This document shows, piece by piece, positions 60,920-64,000 of a DNA stretch of 64,000 nt; positions within the stretch are counted from its first letter, which is position 1, and every line of letters starts with the position of its first letter. Location of the stretch: positions 22,568,001 through 22,632,000 of the forward strand of contig OX442314.1 of the NCBI GenBank assembly GCA_949358305.1, in the 5' to 3' direction. The position numbers were made by a program, and so were the translations under genes. Origin of the DNA: Strigamia acuminata. Taxonomy: Eukaryota. The notes beneath the pieces are model-generated. The model searched no databases, was not told the origin of the DNA, and saw only the letters and a program-made list of their open reading frames with translations.

Positions 60920-61995
60920 ACTCAACAGCCCAATTTCATTGTTTCTTTTAAAAAAAAAGCAAAACACTTGAGAATATCAGTAAGTATTTAATCTTCAACT
61001 GCCCCTCTTGTGTGCCCCCCACCTGCCACCAAAAAAGTCCTATTCCTCGATCAGGAACACAAAGACTTTTCCTGATTTATTTTTTTATTTATTTTTCAGT
61101 CATGTGACTAATTGTTCAAATGCATGACCTGTGTTACTTCGTTTTACTAAATAATAAAAAAAAATATTTTATTTAAAAATTTCAAAAAAAATCGAAAAAT
61201 TCAAATTTTTCAATTTATTTTAGCGAAAAAGTGATTCTTTAAGATGTTATTTTTTTTTATCATAATGGCAGACGAAGAACCGTTGGCTATATTTGGCTTT
61301 CATTCCAGTACAAATCTGAATCTATTTTAAACGACCCACTCTGCATTTTTTTTTATCGATCAAAACTTCGCTTTTCTGTATTGCGATATAATAATTACAC
61401 TTTGTTGGTGCTGTCTTGCCGATAGATAATTTATTTAAGAGCATCTTTTTCCAATCGAATCCACATAAATTTTAAAACGTCCTATAAATAGCAAATTTAA
61501 TAATCCTGACATTTAAACTCAAATTCTTCCATACCAAGTTCAGCTTGTACTTCCTCCATTTCATCCCTCCCCGCTGAATAATTCAGCAGAAACGTGTCAT
61601 TTTTAAATTGCAAAACCAAGTTGCTTTGTAAGATGCAAAAATCTAATTAGCTGCAAGTTGCAAGCACAACACAGCTTTAAATGGCAAAATTTATTCCACC
61701 AAATTGACTTATTAATAAATCCGAAATAATCAATTCAAAACATCTGAACCAAATAGTTTTTCCACAAACTTGATTTCTCTGTGTAATTAAGCAATAATTA
61801 CCCCAAGAAACATTTGTCTTTTCCTTTCTAATTAAGTTTTCATGGGTTAATTACAAACAAAAATAAAAATAATAAGTTCTTCTAATAATTCCTGCCAGTA
61901 CCAGTTGGTGAATGGATAATCCTTTGTTTTCCACTTCATCCGCTCCAATGTAATCAGAAAAGAAAAATACTAATCTCAACCTTCAACTTTTGCAG

Positions 61996-62440
61996 GTGTA
62001 AATCACATCATTGCATCATCAACCACCACAATGGAGAAGCCTAAAAATTATAGATTTACACGACTAGAAAAATAATTAACTTCGTTTCCAAGCAGGTAAA
62101 TTGTCAATTAAAAGTTTAAAACCTCATTTACATTTGGCCAAAATTAACAAACAAATCAAATGGTATTTTAAATTAAATTTTCTGTCTTATTTTTAAAACA
62201 GATTCAAATATCACGTGATTCAACCATGCAGTCTTCCAACAACACCAGGCTATTTTAGGTCTCTGATAATAATTTCATGTCTTACAAAGCAAGAATCGAT
62301 GTAGAAAAGAAGAAAAAAACCTCCAAACAAAATTATACTTAATTATTTAGAATTATTTAATGTAAATATGTCTCATAGTTCCTTCTCTTATGTGATGTAC
62401 AAGTCATTGCAAAACATTCACATTACTATTTAAATAAATA
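61996..62440 (+). other. Shared terminal / 3' UTR exons of the micropeptide locus
   Basis: ttttgcag|GTG TAA at 61996, donor cag|gtaaat at 62096, acceptor at 62201, AATAAA at ~62433. Confidence 0.55.
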
Positions 62441-64000
62441 TGAAATATTTTTACCTCTGGCCTTATTTTTCGTCCGCAGGTTGAATAACATCGACAAAAC
62501 TCCCCCTTCTTTATCGATTTTTAAAAAAATTTGTAGCAACAAATGGTGTTATCGAACTTGGGTTTAATTTTTTTTATTGGAATATTTCCAGCATTTCTGT
62601 CAATAACAAGTAAGGTAAATAAAGAGCTCGATGTATGTCTCCATAGATTCTCACTTGGCCATTCAATAGCCAATCAAAATGTCAGTTAAATTAAACTTTT
62701 CCTTCTGCGCAAGTGCGCAAACATGTGTACGGTGCATCGATGTTTTCAAGTTGGCTGCAATACGTTTTGAATGTAAAAGTGTGGTCGAGAAAAGAAAAGA
62801 AAGGCACAGCCAAAAGAATCACATGCTGCAGCTCCCGGATGATTTATAAAAATGAAACTCATGGTTACACATCGCTGGGCGCCAACAGAATTTTTCCACA
62901 ACAAGATTGTTTTCTCCCTTTTATTTGATTTTTTTTGGCTTACTCGTCGTCTCATTTTAATGGTTTGTCAACAGGTATAAAGCTGAGCCCCACACGAAAT
63001 ATACGTCAAATTTCTGCATAAAAATGAGCGAGGTAAGATGGAAATAAAGCCTGTGCTATTTGCGCTACTTTTATGTCAGATAGTAAAAACAAAATGGGAG
63101 AATACGAATAATTCTATTGTGCGAATTTGTAACGATACGCATCGTTGCGTGTTATTTATGTTAGAACACGCAATTTGCAGTGCAAAACTGCACATTCTAC
63201 GTACAATGACCACAACGAATAATATAACCTCTAGCCAAGGTCGAGTGGCAAACTCCAAGCTTATTTTGTAAGGTTTAGTCATCAGTTTGCGGTCTGGCTT
63301 TAGCACCGTTAGGAGATGGTCTGACGTCACAATGTGCTTGTAGTAGTAAATTCATGTCGTCGTGCACAGTATTTAACTGTAGAAATGCTTATAAAATTCA
63401 AAAAAATCAAAAATTATCATTTTTTACTTTTCCAAAAATTTCAATTATTAAGAGAAATGGTTAACAGCTCGTAATCTACACTTGCCCCACCAATAATTGA
63501 CCCTTGCTCCTTTGAACAATTTTTCCACACTGAACTCCTATGCTGGACAAAAGAATAAGTTCTCGGAACGAAACCGGACTCGTTCGTAAGTGGAGAACTT
63601 GTTGTTTTATCTGTGACTTCTCGCAACCCCATCTGTCGTCGTCCAACGAAAACTGGCCACCTTTGATGGGATTGTAACAAAGCACAAGAAAACTAAATAA
63701 ATGAGCTCACCGAAAACAAATAATATCAGTCCTCATATCTCATTTCGCTCTCGTTCGTTTATCATGATTTCCCGTTCGCTATTATCCTGATTTATGGTCA
63801 CACTCACACCGCCTCTGTGTTGCCCGCCATCTTTTGCAGGGAATGTCTATTGTTTTTATTATTCAATTTTTATTCATTTTTATTTTTATTCATTTTTATT
63901 AATTCTATAAATGACATTTGGATTTTCATTGCATCATTTGTAACATTTCAGAGGAAAAACAACAAGCCAAAAATACTTGCCGGAAATTAAAAACGAGCCT

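Noticed and set aside
62031..62075. MEKPKNYRFTRLEK*, faintly like the phospholamban N-terminus
   Set aside because: 14 codons in a predicted 3' UTR, downstream of the TM exons and lacking the RRAS phosphorylation motif; probably chance.

Overview
AT-rich metazoan genomic DNA, probably arthropod (inferred from gene content and ~60-nt introns), with no prokaryotic features. 1-22 kb is a compact gene block: ABCC/MRP transporter (5' end outside the window), METTL1, TBC1D2-like, PIGB, SLC37A4, RFWD3 and YIPF3. 24-45 kb is a large F-BAR/C1/SH3 Stac-like gene whose introns hold several MITEs. It is followed by a convergent tandem-PDZ gene and an intact, apparently very young BEL/Pao LTR retrotransposon (49806-55756). 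Two loci are not recovered by the ORF track. (i) At 59.3-62.4 kb, two paralogous ~30-codon transmembrane smORF exons resemble sarcolamban/sarcolipin/phospholamban SERCA regulators; each is completed by a spliced one-codon terminal exon (M-stop or V-stop) and has muscle-type CArG/MEF2 motifs nearby. (ii) A four-exon, 184-aa secreted His/Lys-rich protein gene is nested antisense in a TBC1D2 intron, with paired RFX X-boxes. All gene models were spliced by eye and family names come from recalled motifs, not database searches.
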